Assembly (NCBI GenBank): GCA_000004695.1
Contig: CM000150.2
Location: 64,001-128,000, forward strand
Origin: Dictyostelium discoideum
Lineage: Eukaryota
DNA: 64,000 bases
Direction: 5' to 3'
In this document: positions 10,542 through 22,900 of the stretch, in pieces
Layout: every line of letters begins with the position of its first letter
Position numbering within the stretch: the first letter of the stretch is position 1
The notes under the pieces: model-generated
The model's input: only the letters and a program-made list of their open reading frames with translations
Told to the model about the DNA's origin: nothing
The model's database searches: none
Made by a program: the position numbers and the translations under genes

Positions 10542-13500
10542 TTATGAAATTTGAACGACAGTATTTAAGAAACCACCAGATTTTTCACCAATGATTCTTT
10601 TATCGTAGAAGGTATCTACAGTATCGTTTGATTTCCAACGACCCATCTTCTTGACAACGTGGAACGGAACGTTATTTGACAACAGCAGAGAAGCCATAGC
10701 GGAACGGGTAGAGTGTGATTTGAACTTGACAATATCAATGCCTGACTTTGAGAGTGTTGATAATACAATTGAATTAATATCATTAACTTGGAGCGGTTCA
10801 CCCTCATTCTTAATAAAGACAGAGTCACCCGAATGGGGCTTTCTTCTTCCTTTAGAGGCTCTAAGGTATGTTGCAATGTGGCGAACAGGGCATACTTGAG
10901 AGTTTGTATCATCTAACGATGTTAATTCTAAGATTGAAACAACACCACTTCTTTGTTCTTTAGCATTAATAACTGGACCTTTGATTGAGTCAGGAGTAAT
11001 AATGAGACCCTTGAACGACCACTTCACCAAGTCTGATGATCTTGCTAAACCAAACATTTTACAGAGTACAAGTGTCTTGTTTAATAGCGCAGTGTATGTG
11101 TACTTGGGGATGACTTTGATAGTAGATAAGTGCTTGAATACTTGATTTGCATCCCATATCTCTTTATACTTTGCAGATGAAGGACGCAACTTGTGAATAC
11201 CAGTCATAATTCTTGTAATGAATGGATCATTAACAATATCAGTTTGATTCCTAAGGAGTAACAACTGATTCAACATAGATCGATGACCGTTAATTGTTGA
11301 GAAAGCTAACGGAGGTTTGTGTTTGAATAGATGTGTAAGATAATCTATGAAAACAACTAAGGTAATGTTTGCTGGATTCAAAGAGTTCAAAGTACAGAAA
11401 TTGCGGAATCTTGTATAACTGGAGCTATATACTTTGAGAGTTGAAGGTTCCCAAGACTTCATTAACAGCTCAGCTGTTTTTGTATTTGTTGTACGAGCAA
11501 AGGACATTACATGAGATTGGAAAGTTGAATAATCCCCAGCTTCCAACGTTGTTGAATCTGGATTGGTATCGACTCTACTGATTGTTTGGTCAATACTTCT
11601 TGGAATGTTCCCAGTACTTGAGGAAACATGTGACGATGATGACGAGGAACTTGTGCTTGAATCATCGGATACCAAGTTGCTGATCTCCAGATTGGGAAGA
11701 TCAGTATTATAGAAACCTTCTTCGAACTGGATGAGTTCATCTTCTCCAGGATAGAAGGCAAAAGAATGGGTGGTGGGAAGGCTAGACATTGCTTCCATTG
11801 ACTCCAATCGAGGTGGAGTGCATTCATTCTTATTGTTGAGTAGTTGTTCGTTTGATGGTTGAGGTGAGATGCGAACAGATCCATCTGTATTTGACCGAAT
11901 TGAAGTTGGATGCGATTGAACACTTCCTTCTTCAGTTGCCAGTTGTAACTCTTGATTACTCTGGTCGATGATTTGTGATTCATCTCTGAAAGACGACTGA
12001 GGTGGTCGGCTTTTACATTGAAGAATCCTGGAATATGCTCTCCAATTAAGTTTACTTTCTTCTTGAGGCATTGTTTCCAAAGTTGTTCGAACAGAACTGA
12101 GAGATCTTGTATTTGACCACCCTGGCGATTGATATAAGAGAGAGTGGTAGTGTTGTCGGTTTGAATCTTCAGCTTGCAGTTGTTCAGTTTCCGACATAGC
12201 GCTTGATAGGCCATCAGCAGCGCGAGCATTTCTCGACGATTTGACGACATGTTTGATTGAGTTGTTGACCACTGGAATGACCAAGTTTTGATTACCTTGT
12301 TTCCTTTCTTGAGAGTGGCACCTGCACCTGATTCCGAGGCATCGGTTGTAAGAACATAGTCGTAACTTGGAAACAGACTGATTTCTTTTCCATTCCATTG
12401 GTTTAGAACTGTTAACCAATGTGAAATCTCTGACTTGACGTCTTGAGGAATGGGGAATGATTGATCCCAATCTCCATTGGCTAGAGTCAGACAGTGAGAG
12501 TGAAACTTGTTTGTTCGACGAGTGTAAAGTCTGAAAGGGATGACTGCATCTTTCAGTGCGATTAGCTTTCCTTTTAAACCAGCAAGCTTTCTTGGGGAGC
12601 AAAAATCTAGTTTTAAAAAGTTTCTTATTTCTTTGATGACACTTTTCTTCTTTTCTTTGGGAACAAGAAGCTTCATTGATACCGAATCGATTTGTAATCC
12701 GAGAAACGTAATTGATTGAGTTGGTTCGAGAACACTCTTTTCTAGGTTTAACTTGAAACCTAGTTTGACAAGTAAGTCCATTGTCTTTTTGAGGTTGGAT
12801 AAACATTCTTCTTTTGTTGAACCTACGATTAATAGATCGTCCAAGTAAGCGATGACGGATACGTTGATATCTCTCAACATTCGAAGTACAGGTCTTAACA
12901 GCATTGTAAAGATACGAGGAGCTGTCGATAGCCCGAACGGCATTGTTTTCCAACGGTAGTGCGAACCTTTCCACACGAAGCGGAATAAGTCTCTGTATTG
13001 TGGATCTACTAATACGTGGAGGTAGGCTTTCTTGATATCGAGTTTTACCATGTAATAACCTTGTTTGACCATTGATGGTAGATTCTTGATTCCTTCCATC
13101 TTGAATGATTGGTTGTTGATGTAAGTGTTTAACCTTTTTAAATCTAGAACTGGACGATGTAGATTCGTTCCAGGTTTTGGAACCGTAAACACGTTGGAGT
13201 AAAAAACGCGCTTTGAATAACGGTTTGGAAGTACTTGTTCGATGGCATCGTCTAATAACAAGTCTTGTACTTCCTTTGTGATGCAATCTGATTTCGGACC
13301 CTCCGGAATTGAAATCGGAATTGGGTTTAGCATCGGCTTGAAATTTGGAAGCAGATGGATTTTTAATCCATTTACGACCTCTTGACAAAAGTTTGGAAGA
13401 CCCAATTCTTTCCAAACTTGTTTGTGGTGGAATAGACGTCCACCTACTGGTAAGTTTACTTCTTGTTCTTCTGAAAACGGTTGTTGGTACCGTTGGCAGA

Positions 13501-13619
13501 CTTGGTATTGTTGCTACCTGATGCAACATTACTTGGTGATCCATTGAAGTTGTTAGATCGGCCATTACTCCCACTACTGGATTTACTATTACTACTGTTT
13601 CCTGTAGTGTTATTACCAC
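10542..13619 (-). CDS. DIRS-1 ORF3 long frame overlapping ORF2. The C-terminal part (about 10542-11800) is the tyrosine recombinase.
   Basis: The C-terminal …HSTRSAMASLLL… region is integrase-like. The whole frame is open as supplied. Confidence 0.7.
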   Translation of the reverse strand: MVITLQETVVIVNPVVGVMADLTTSMDHQVMLHQVATIPSLPTVPTTVFRRTRSKLTSRWTSIPPQTSLERIGSSKLLSRGRKWIKNPSASKFQADAKPNSDFNSGGSEIRLHHKGSTRLVIRRCHRTSTSKPLFKARFLLQRVYGSKTWNESTSSSSRFKKVKHLHQQPIIQDGRNQESTINGQTRLLHGKTRYQESLPPRISRSTIQRLIPLRVERFALPLENNAVRAIDSSSYLYNAVKTCTSNVERYQRIRHRLLGRSINRRFNKRRMFIQPQKDNGLTCQTRFQVKPRKECSRTNSINYVSRITNRFGINEASCSQRKEEKCHQRNKKLFKTRFLLPKKACWFKRKANRTERCSHPFQTLHSSNKQVSLSLSDSSQWRLGSIIPHSSRRQVRDFTLVNSSKPMEWKRNQSVSKLRLCSYNRCLGIRCRCHSQERKQGNQNLVIPVVNNSIKHVVKSSRNARAADGLSSAMSETEQLQAEDSNRQHYHSLLYQSPGWSNTRSLSSVRTTLETMPQEESKLNWRAYSRILQCKSRPPQSSFRDESQIIDQSNQELQLATEEGSVQSHPTSIRSNTDGSVRISPQPSNEQLLNNKNECTPPRLESMEAMSSLPTTHSFAFYPGEDELIQFEEGFYNTDLPNLEISNLVSDDSSTSSSSSSSHVSSSTGNIPRSIDQTISRVDTNPDSTTLEAGDYSTFQSHVMSFARTTNTKTAELLMKSWEPSTLKVYSSSYTRFRNFCTLNSLNPANITLVVFIDYLTHLFKHKPPLAFSTINGHRSMLNQLLLLRNQTDIVNDPFITRIMTGIHKLRPSSAKYKEIWDANQVFKHLSTIKVIPKYTYTALLNKTLVLCKMFGLARSSDLVKWSFKGLIITPDSIKGPVINAKEQRSGVVSILELTSLDDTNSQVCPVRHIATYLRASKGRRKPHSGDSVFIKNEGEPLQVNDINSIVLSTLSKSGIDIVKFKSHSTRSAMASLLLSNNVPFHVVKKMGRWKSNDTVDTFYDKRIIGEKSGGFLNTVVQIS
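11507..13405 (-). CDS. DIRS-1 ORF2 reverse transcriptase / RNase H.
   Basis: The RT motif VIAYLDDLLIVG is present. Confidence 0.85.
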   Translation of the reverse strand: MGLPNFCQEVVNGLKIHLLPNFKPMLNPIPISIPEGPKSDCITKEVQDLLLDDAIEQVLPNRYSKRVFYSNVFTVPKPGTNLHRPVLDLKRLNTYINNQSFKMEGIKNLPSMVKQGYYMVKLDIKKAYLHVLVDPQYRDLFRFVWKGSHYRWKTMPFGLSTAPRIFTMLLRPVLRMLRDINVSVIAYLDDLLIVGSTKEECLSNLKKTMDLLVKLGFKLNLEKSVLEPTQSITFLGLQIDSVSMKLLVPKEKKKSVIKEIRNFLKLDFCSPRKLAGLKGKLIALKDAVIPFRLYTRRTNKFHSHCLTLANGDWDQSFPIPQDVKSEISHWLTVLNQWNGKEISLFPSYDYVLTTDASESGAGATLKKGNKVIKTWSFQWSTTQSNMSSNRREMLALLMAYQALCRKLNNCKLKIQTDNTTTLSYINRQGGQIQDLSVLFEQLWKQCLKKKVNLIGEHIPGFFNVKADHLSRLSEMNHKSSTRVIKSYNWQLKKEVFNRIQLQFGQIQMDLFASHLNHQTNNYSTIRMNALHLDWSQWKQCLAFPPPILLPSILEKMNSSSSKKVSIILIFPIWRSATWYPMIQAQVPRHHRHMFPQVLGTFQEVLTKQSVESIPIQIQQRWKLGIIQLSNLM

Positions 13620-14463
13620 TTGAGTTAACTAATTTCTTGACATTGGGCTTGGAATGATAATTCAATTTTAACAATGATTGTTTTGCTTCGTTGTTCTTTC
13701 TGATTGACTTGGCTAGCTTTCTTACACGTTCAGTTTCAGTTTCATCAAACATCTTTGGTGTATCCTTGATCTTAATTGGTAAGAGTACTTCAGAACCATA
13801 GATTTCTTTAGCGATGTTGTTACGACGGACACGACTAAGCGATGCTTGAGCATTAACAGCTAAGACGATTGCACTCTGAGTTAAGTAACTAATAAGTTCT
13901 ACATCGACATTAGAGCTATCAGATGATAACATACTTGATATGAGAAGCAAAGGTTTCAAGCTATCGTTGATTCGCTTTTCGACAATCAACAAGTCAGTAT
14001 CATTGTTTTTGACGTTGGATGATACAGTAATACCTTCAGGTGTACCGAATGGAGCGACATTCACTTGGAAGTTAGATGGAAAGTTGAATACTTTATTCAA
14101 TTCGGATATCTCATCTTTCTTGAGGATACATTCTTCTTCGACGAGTAAACCTTGATTGTTTACCATATGTTTGTACTGACCAAGTAAGGTATCGGATAAT
14201 TGATAATCGGTTGGAACATCGACATTGTTACTTGATTCATCTTCACTTTGTTCATTCTCGGTGTCAGAGTTATCATGAGAAGGTTGGCTACTTGAATTGG
14301 TATTAGAAGAGAACATAGGTTCTTTCATGAATCTTGTAAAGGCTAAGGAAAGGTTGTTGATTTGATCTTCCATTGATTTCATTCTTAAATCAAAGGATTC
14401 AGCGCTATTAGAGGCAGAGGTACTACTACTAGAGGCTTCGTTATTATTAACAGTGGTAGACAT
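13456..14463 (-). CDS. DIRS-1 ORF1 (Gag-like), 335 aa.
   Basis: Supplied ORF that recurs in every DIRS copy. Confidence 0.8.
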   Translation of the reverse strand: MSTTVNNNEASSSSTSASNSAESFDLRMKSMEDQINNLSLAFTRFMKEPMFSSNTNSSSQPSHDNSDTENEQSEDESSNNVDVPTDYQLSDTLLGQYKHMVNNQGLLVEEECILKKDEISELNKVFNFPSNFQVNVAPFGTPEGITVSSNVKNNDTDLLIVEKRINDSLKPLLLISSMLSSDSSNVDVELISYLTQSAIVLAVNAQASLSRVRRNNIAKEIYGSEVLLPIKIKDTPKMFDETETERVRKLAKSIRKNNEAKQSLLKLNYHSKPNVKKLVNSSGNNTTGNSSNSKSSSGSNGRSNNFNGSPSNVASGSNNTKSANGTNNRFQKNKK

Positions 14464-14905
14464 ATTTTATTGTTGATATCTAAAATTATAATATGAGAAA
14501 AAAATAATAATAAAAATTAATAAAGAGAAATAATTATTTGTATAAAATTTGTGTGTGTGTGTATCTTAAATATATATAGGAGGAATTCCCAAATAAAATA
14601 AATCAAATTGTTTTAGTTTTTAGTGCCACTATTTATACGTTTTTATTTTCTTAAAAATTTCGCAAAACTCAAAAAAATAAGAGTTTTCGACCCTTCACAA
14701 ATTTGTGCATAGTGTCGGTTCGGAATTTTTCAGTTTTTCGACCTTGCGCAATTATCGCGTCATTGTGCCGGTTCGAAATTTTTACTTTTCTTTCGAAAAT
14801 TTTTTATTCTTCGAATGTTCTAGAACATTCTAAAAAATTATCTTAAATATTTGGGAAATTCAAATAAATAAATGTTATTCATAATATATATATATATATG
14901 ATAAT

Positions 14906-15910
14906 ATAAACATAAAAATTCCGAACCGACACAATGCACAAAGTTGTGAAGGGTCGAAAACTCTTATTTTTTTTTGAGTTTTGCGAAATTTTTAAGAAAA
15001 TAAAAACGTATAAATAGTGGCACTAAAAACTAAAACAATTTGATTTATTTTATTTGGGAAAACTCTTATTTTTTTGTATTTGACCACCTTGGCGATTGAT
15101 GTAAGAGAGAGTGGTAGTATTGTCGGTTTGAATCTTCAGTTTGCAGTTGTTCAGTTTCTGACATAGCGCTTGATAAGCCATTAGCAGCGCGAGCATTTCT
15201 CGACGATTTGACGACATGTTTGATTGAGTTGTTGACCACTGGAATGACCAAGTTTTGATTACCTTGTTTCCTTTCTTGAGTGTGGCACCTGCACCTGATT
15301 CCGAGGCATCGATTGTAAGAACATAGTCGTAGCTTGGAAACAGACTTATTTCTTTTCCATTCCATTGGTTTAGAACTGTTAACCAATGAGAAATCTCTGA
15401 CTTGACCTCTTGAGGAATGGGGAATGATTGATCCCAATCTCCATTGGCTAGAGTCAGACACTGAGAGTGAAACTTGTTTGTTCGACGAGTGTAAAGTCTG
15501 AATGGGATGACTGCATCCTTCAGTGCGATTAGCTTTCCTTTTAAACCAGCAAGCTTTCTTGGGGAGCAACAATCTAGTTTTAAAAAGTTTCTTATTTCCT
15601 TGATGACACTTTTCTTCTTTTCTTTGGGAACAAGAAGCTTCATTGATACCGAATCGATTTGTAATCCGAGAAACGTAATTGATTGAGTTGGTTCGAGAAC
15701 ACTCTTTTCTAGATTTAACTTGAAACCTAGTTTGACAAGTAAGTCCATTGTCTTTTTGAGGTTGGATAAACATTCTTCTTTTGTTGAACCGACGATCAAT
15801 AGATCGTCCAAGTAAGCGATGACGGATACGTTGATATCTCTCAACATTCGAAGTACAGGTCTTAACAGCATTGTAAATATACGAGGAGCTGTCGATAACC
15901 CGAACGGCAT
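14906..15910 (-). mobile_element. DIRS-1 fragment comprising a partial ITR and an RT segment.
   Basis: 15050..15910 matches the middle of ORF2 (MPFGLSTAPRIF…). Confidence 0.8.
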
Positions 15911-16339
15911 TTATATTATCATATATATATATATATTATGAATAACATTTATTTATTTGAATTTCCCAAATATTTAAGATAATTTTTTAGAATGTTCTAG
16001 AGTTTTGCCAAATTTTTTAGTGCCACTATTTATACGTTTTTATTTTCTTAAAAATTTCGCAAAACTCAAAAAAATAAGTGTTTTCGACCCTTCACAACTT
16101 TGTGCATAGTGTCGGTTCGGAATTTTTCAGTTTTTCGACCTTGCGCAATGATCGCGTCATTGTGCCGGTTCGAAATTTTTACTTTTCTTTCGAAAATTTT
16201 TTATTCTTCGAATGTTCTAGAACATTCTAAAAAATTATCTTAAATATTTGGGAAATTCAAATAAATAAATGTTATTCATAATATATATATATATATTTAA
16301 TATAAAATATAATTTAATAAATTAAATTTTTAATTAAAA
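15911..16339. repeat. DIRS-1 ITR sequences fused in both orientations.
   Basis: Read by comparison with the ITRs of copy D. Confidence 0.75.
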
Positions 16340-19300
16340 GTCCATCTGCTTCCAAATTTCAAGCCGATGCTAAACCCAATTCCGATTTCAATTCCAGAGG
16401 GTCCGAAATCAGATTGCATCACAAAGGAAGTACAAGACTTGTTATTAGACGATGCCATCGAACAAGTACTTCCAAACCGTTTTTCAAAGCGCGTTTTTTA
16501 CTCCAACGTGTTTACGGTTCCAAAACCTGGAACGAATCTACATCGTCCAGTTCTAGATTTAAAAAGGTTAAACACTTACATCAACAACCAATCATTCAAG
16601 ATGGAAGGAATCAAGAATCTACCATCAATGGTCAAACAAGGTTATTACATGGTAAAACTCGATATCAAGAAAGCTTACCTACACGTGTTAGTAGATCCAC
16701 AATACAGACTTATTCCGCTTCGTGTGGAAAGGTTCGCATTACCGTTGGAAAACAATGCCGTTCGGGTTATCTTTACAATGTTGTTAAGACCTGTACTTCG
16801 AATGTTGAGAGATATCAACGTATCCGTCATCGCTTACTTGGACGATCTATTAATCGTCGGTTCAACAAAAGAAGAATGTTTATCCAACCTCAAAAAGACA
16901 ATGGACTTACTTGTCAAACTAGGTTTCAAGTTAAATCTAGAAAAGAGTGTTCTCGAACCAACTCAATCAATTACGTTTCTCGGATTACAAATCGATTCGG
17001 TATCAATGAAGCTTCTTGTTCCCAAAGAAAAGAAGAAAAGTGTCATCAAGGAAATAAGAAACTTTTTAAAACTAGATTGTTGTTCCCCAAGAAAGCTTGC
17101 TGGTTTAAAAGGAAAGCTAATCGCACTGAAGGATGCAGTCATCCCATTCAGACTTTACACTCGTCGAACAAACAAGTTTTACTCTCAATGTCTGACTCTA
17201 GCCAATGGAGATTGGGATCAATCATTCCCCATTCCTCAAGAGGTCAAGTCAGAGATTTCACATTGGTTAACAGTTCTAAACCAATGGAATGGAAAAGAAA
17301 TCAGTCTGTTTCCAAGTTACGACTATGTTCTTACAACCGATGCATGGGAATCAGGTGCAGGTGCCACTCTCAAGAAAGGAAACAAGGTAATCAAAACTTG
17401 GTCATTCCAGTGGTCAACAAATCAATCAAACATGTCGTCAAATCGTCGAGAAATGCTCGCTCTGCTAATGGCCTATCAAGCGCTATGTCGGAAACTGAAC
17501 AACTGCAAGCTGAAGATTCAAACCGACAACACTACCACTCTCTCTTACATCAATCGCCAAGGTGGTCAAATACAAGATCTCTCAGTTCTATTCGAACAAC
17601 TTTGGAAACAATGCCTCAAGAAGAAAGTGAACTTGATTGGAGAGCATATTCCAGGATTCTTCAATGTAAAAGCCGACCACCTCAGTCGTCTTTCAGAGAT
17701 GAATCACAAATCATCGTCCAGAGTAATCAAGAGTTACAACTGGCAACTGAAGAAGGAAGTGTTCAATCGCATCCAACTTCAATTCGGTCAAATACAGATG
17801 GATCTATTCGCATCTCACCTCAACCATCAAACGAACAACTACTCAACAATCAAAATGAATGCACTCCACCTCGATTGGAGTCAATGGAAGCAATGTCTGG
17901 CCTTCCCACCACCCATTCTTTTGCCTTCTATCCTGGAGAAGATGAACTCATCCAGTTCGAAGAAGGTTTCTATAATACTGATCTTCCCAATCTGGAGATC
18001 AGCAACTTGGTATCCGATGATTCAAGCTCAAGTTCCTCGTCATCATCGTCACATGTTTCCTCAAGTATTGGGAACATTCCAAGAAGTATTGACCAAACAA
18101 TCAGTAGAGTCGATACCAATCCAGATTCAACAACGTTGGAAACTGGGGATTATTCAACTTTCCAATCTCATGTAATGTCATTCGCTCGTACAACAAATAC
18201 AAAAACAGCTGAGCTGTTAATGAAGTCTTGGGAACCTTCAACTCTCAAAGTATATAGCTCCAGTTATACAAGATTCCGCAATTTCTGTACTTTGAACTCT
18301 TTGAATCCAGCAAACATTACCTTAGTTGTTTTCATGGATTATCTTACAAATCTGTTCAAGCACAAACCTCCGTTAGCCTTCTCAACAATTAACGGTCATC
18401 GCTCTATGTTGAATCAGTTGTTACTCCTCAGGAATCAAACTGATATTGTTAATGATCCATTCATCACAAGAATTATGACTGGTATTCACAAGTTGCGTCC
18501 TTCATCTGCAAAGTATAAAGAGATATGGGATGCAAACCAAGTATTCAAGCACTTATCTACTATCAAAGTTATCCCTAAGTACACATACACTGCTCTATTA
18601 AACAAGACACTTGTACTCTGTAAAATGTTTGGTTTAGCAAGATCATCAGACTTGGTGAAGTGGTCGTTCAAAGGTCTCATTATTACTCCTGACTCAATCA
18701 AAGGTCCAGTTATCAATGCTAAAGAACAAAGAAGTGGTGTTGTTTCAATCTTAGAATTAACATCGTTAGATGATACAAACTCTCAAGTATGCCCTGTTCG
18801 CCACCTTGCAACATACCTTAGAGCCTCTAAAGGAAGAAGAAAGCCCCATTCGGGTGACTCTGTCTTTATTAAGAATGAGGGTGAACCGCTCCAAGTTAAT
18901 GATATTAACTCAATTGTATTATCAACGCTCTCAAAGTCAGGCATTGATATCGTCAAGTTCAAATCTCACTCTACCCGTTCCGCTATGGCTTCTCTGCTGT
19001 TGTCCAATAATGTTCCGTTCCACATTGTCAAGAAGATGGGTCGTTGGAAATCAAACGATACTGTAGATACCTTCTACGATAAAAGAATCATTGGTGAAAA
19101 ATCTGGTGGTTTCTTAAATACTGTCGTCCAAATTTCATAATATATATATATATATGATAATATAAATTAAAAATTTAATTTATTAAATTATATTTTATAT
19201 TAAATATATATATATATTAGTCCCATCCCACCCGCCCTTAGTCGGAATTCCATAAATCAAATTGTTTTAGTTTTTAGTGCCACTATTTATACGTTTTTAT

Positions 19301-19985
19301 TTTCTTAAAAATTTCGCAAAACTCAAAAAAATAAGAGTTTTCGACCCTTCACAACTTTGTGCATAGTGTCGGTTCGGAATTTTTCAGTTTTTGTAAAAGT
19401 CACTCACACTAATCTTCAATCCATTGTCACATTTGTTCAATCTTAAATCAAACAGTCCAATCTTTAAAGTAATGTATTTTAATATGAAGGATAGAAAGAG
19501 TGAAAGACTAATATCATAAAAGTAAACATACATAAAAGAGATAATTAAAAGTAAGGGCGTTATGAAACTAAACCGAAAAATCAGAATTTTTATTATTTTT
19601 TTAAATTTTAATTTAATTTAATTTTTTTTAATTTAATTTTTTATTTTTTGACTGAAAAAATAAAAAATTAAAAAATAAAAATAAAAATTAAATGAAATAT
19701 TTTTACATGGAGATGCGCGAATTTGTTACGTTGTTGAGCTCATACTAACTTTAAATTAATTTAGTTTTGAGTCTCTAACAGTTTTTCGACCTTGCGCAAT
19801 TATCGCGTCATTGTGCCGGTTCGAAATTTTTACTTTTCTTTCGAAAATTTTTTATTCTTCGAATGTTCTAGAACATTCTAAAAAATTATCTTAAATATTT
19901 GGGAAATTCAAATAAATAAATGTTATTCATAATATATATATATATTTAATATAAAATATAATTTAATAAATTAAATTTTTAATTT
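16340..19985 (+). mobile_element. DIRS-1 copy B, 5'-truncated. It starts inside ORF2, has an internal frameshift or deletion in ORF2, and its right ITR is interrupted by a Skipper solo LTR.
   Basis: ORF2 is 16367-18175, ORF3 is 16414-19140, and ITR pieces lie at 19141-19392 and 19781-19985. Confidence 0.8.
19393..19780 (+). mobile_element. Skipper solo LTR flanked by a 5-bp target-site duplication (TSD) GTTTT.
   Basis: About 95% identical to the LTRs at 52897-53287 and 59248-59617. It has TG…CA ends. The flanks read …CAGTTTT|LTR|GTTTTTCGACC against the intact ITR CAGTTTTTCGACC. Confidence 0.85.
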
Positions 19986-22900
19986 TTTGAGTTTTGCGAA
20001 ATTTTTAAGAAAATAAAAACGTATAAATAGTGGCACAAAAAACTAAAACAATTTGATTTATGGAATTCCGACTAAGGGCGGGTGGGATGGGACTAATATA
20101 TATATATATATTTAATATAAAATATAATTTAATAAATTAAATTTTTAATTTATATTATCATATATATATATATTATGAAATTTGGACGACAGTATTTAAG
20201 AAACCACCAGATTTTTCACCAATGATTCTTTTATCGTAGAAAGTATCTACAGTATCATTTGATTTCCAACGACCCATCTTCTTAACAACGTGGAACGGAA
20301 CGTTATTGGACAACAGCAGAGAAGCCATAGCGGAACGGGTAGAGTGAGATTTGAACTTGACAATATCAATACCTGACTTTGAGAGTGTTGATAGTACAAT
20401 TGAGTTAATATCATTAACTTGGAGCGGTTCACCCTCATTCTTAATAAAGACAGAGTCACCCGAATGGGGCTTTCTTCTTCCTTTAGAGGCTCTAAGGTAT
20501 GTTGCAAGGTGGCGAACAGGGCATACTTGAGAGTTTGTATCATCTAACGATGTTAATTCTAAGATTGAAACAACACCACTTCTTTGTTCTTTAGCATTAA
20601 TAACTGGACCTTTGATTGAGTCAGTACTAATAATGAGACCTTTGAACGACCACTTCACCAAGTCTGATGATCTTGCTAAACCAAACATTTTACAGAGTAC
20701 AAGTGTCTTGTTTAATAGCGCAGTGTATGTGTACTTAGGGATAACTTTGATAGTAGATAAGTGCTTGAATACTTGATTTGCATCCCATATCTCTTTATAC
20801 TTTGCAGATGAAGGACGCAACTTGTGAATACCAGTCATAATTCTTGTGATGAATGGATCATTAACAATATCAGTTTGATTCCTGAGGAGTAACAACTGAT
20901 TCAACATAGAGCGATGACCGTTAATTGTTGAGAAGGCTAACGGAGGTTCGTGTTTGAATAGATGTGTAAGATAATCCATGAAAACAACTAAGGTAATGTT
21001 TGCTGGATTCAAAGAGTTCAAAGTACAGAAATTGCGGAATCTTGTATAACTGGAGCTATATACTTTGAGAGTTGAAGGTTCCCAAGACTTCATTAACAGC
21101 TCAGCTGTTTTTGTATTTGCTGTACGAGCGAAGGACATAACATGAGATTGGAAAGTTGAATAATCCCCAGTTTCCAACGTTGTTGAATCTGGATTGGTAT
21201 CGACTCTACTGATTGTTTGGTCAATACTTCTTGGAATGTTCCCAATACTTGAGGAAACATGTGACGATGATGACGAGGAACTTGTGCTTGAATCATCGGA
21301 TACCAAGTTGCTGATCTCCAGATTGGGAAGACCAGTATTATAGAAACCTTCTTCGAACTGGATGAGTTCATCTTCTCCAGGATAGAAGGCAAAAGAATGG
21401 GTGGTGGGAAGGCCAGACATTGCTTCCATTGACTCCAGTCGAGGTGGAGTGCATTCATTCTGATTGTTGAGTAGTTGTTCGTTTGATGGTTCAGGTGAGA
21501 TGCGAACAGATCCATCTGTATTTGACCGAATTGAAGTTGGATGCGATTGAACACTTCCTTCTTCAGTTGCCAGTTGTAACTCTTGATTACTCTGGTGGAT
21601 GATTTGTTATTCATCTCTGAAAGACGGCTGAGGTGGTCGGCTTTTACATTGAAGAATCCTGGAATATGCTCTCCAATCAAGTTCACTTTCTTCTTGAGGC
21701 ATTGTTTCTAAAGTTGTTCGAACAGAACTGAGAGATCTTGTATTTGACCACCCTGGCGATTGATGTAAGAGAGAGTGGTAGTGTTGTCGGTTTGAATCTT
21801 CAGCTTGCAGTTGTTCAGTTTCCGACATAGCGCTTGATAGGCCATAAGCAGCGCGAGCATTTCTCGACGATTTGACGACATGTTTGATTGATTTGTTGAC
21901 CACTGGAATGACCAAGTTTTGATTACCTTGTTTCCTTTCTTGAGAGTGGCACCTGCACCTGATTCCGAGGCATCGGTTGTAAGAACATAGTCGTAACTTG
22001 GAAACAGACTGATTTCTTTTCCGTTCCATTGGTTTAGAACTGTTAACCAATGCGAAATCTCTGACTTGACCTCTTGGGGAATGGGGAATGATTGATCCCA
22101 ATCTCCATTGGCTAGAGTCAGACATTGAGAGTGAAACTTGTTTGTTCGACGAGTGTAAAGTCTGAATGGGATGACTGCATCCTTCAGTGCGATTAACTTT
22201 CCTTTTAAACCAGCAAGCTTTCTTGGGGAGCAACAATCTAGTTTTAAAAAGTTTCTTATTTCTTTGATGACACTTTTCTTCTTTTCTTTGGGAACAAGAA
22301 GCTTCATTGATACCGAATCGATTTGTAATCCGAGAAAAGTAATTGATTGAGTTGGTTCGAGAACACTCTTTTTTAAGTTTAACTTGAAGCCTAGTTTGAC
22401 AAGTAAGTCCATTGTCTTTTTGAGGTTGGATAAACATTCTTCTTTTGTTGAACCGACGATTAATAGATCGTCCAAGTAAGCGATGACGGATACGTTGATA
22501 TCTCTCAACATTCGAAGTACAGGTCTTAACAGCATTGTAAAGATACGAGGAGCTGTCGATAACCCGAACGGCATTGTTTTCCAACGGTAGTGCGAACCTT
22601 TCCACACGAAGCGGAATAAGTCTCTGTATTGTGGATCTACTAACACGTGGAGGTAGGCTTTCTTGATATCGAGTTTTACCATGTAATAACCTTGTTTGAC
22701 CATTGATGGTAGATTCTTGATTCCTTCCATCTTGAATGATTGGTTGTTGATGTAAGTGTTTAACCTTTTTAAATCTAGAACTGGACGATGTAGATTCGTT
22801 CCAGGTTTTGGAACCGTAAACACGTTGGAGTAAAAAACGCGCTTTGAATAACAGTTTGGAAGTACTTGTTCGATAGCATCGTCTAATAACAAGTCTTGTA

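Larger units (their letters stand above)
9926..14905 (-). mobile_element. DIRS-1 retrotransposon copy A, essentially full-length. An extra partial ITR is duplicated at 9926-10095.
   Basis: It has inverted terminal repeats of about 330 bp (10130-10460 and 14580-14900). It carries ORF1, ORF2 (RT with an YLDD motif) and the overlapping ORF3 (tyrosine recombinase). Confidence 0.85.

Noticed and set aside
10616-10912. Recurrent 98-aa antisense ORF (MIQTLKYALFATLQH…) inside the DIRS-1 recombinase region. It is also present at 18770, 20247, 43774, 44670, 52567 and 63645.
   Set aside because: It recurs only because the DIRS copies are near-identical. It is antisense to the conserved ORF3 C-terminus and has no independent start or stop context, so an open antisense frame is expected by chance and by copy identity.
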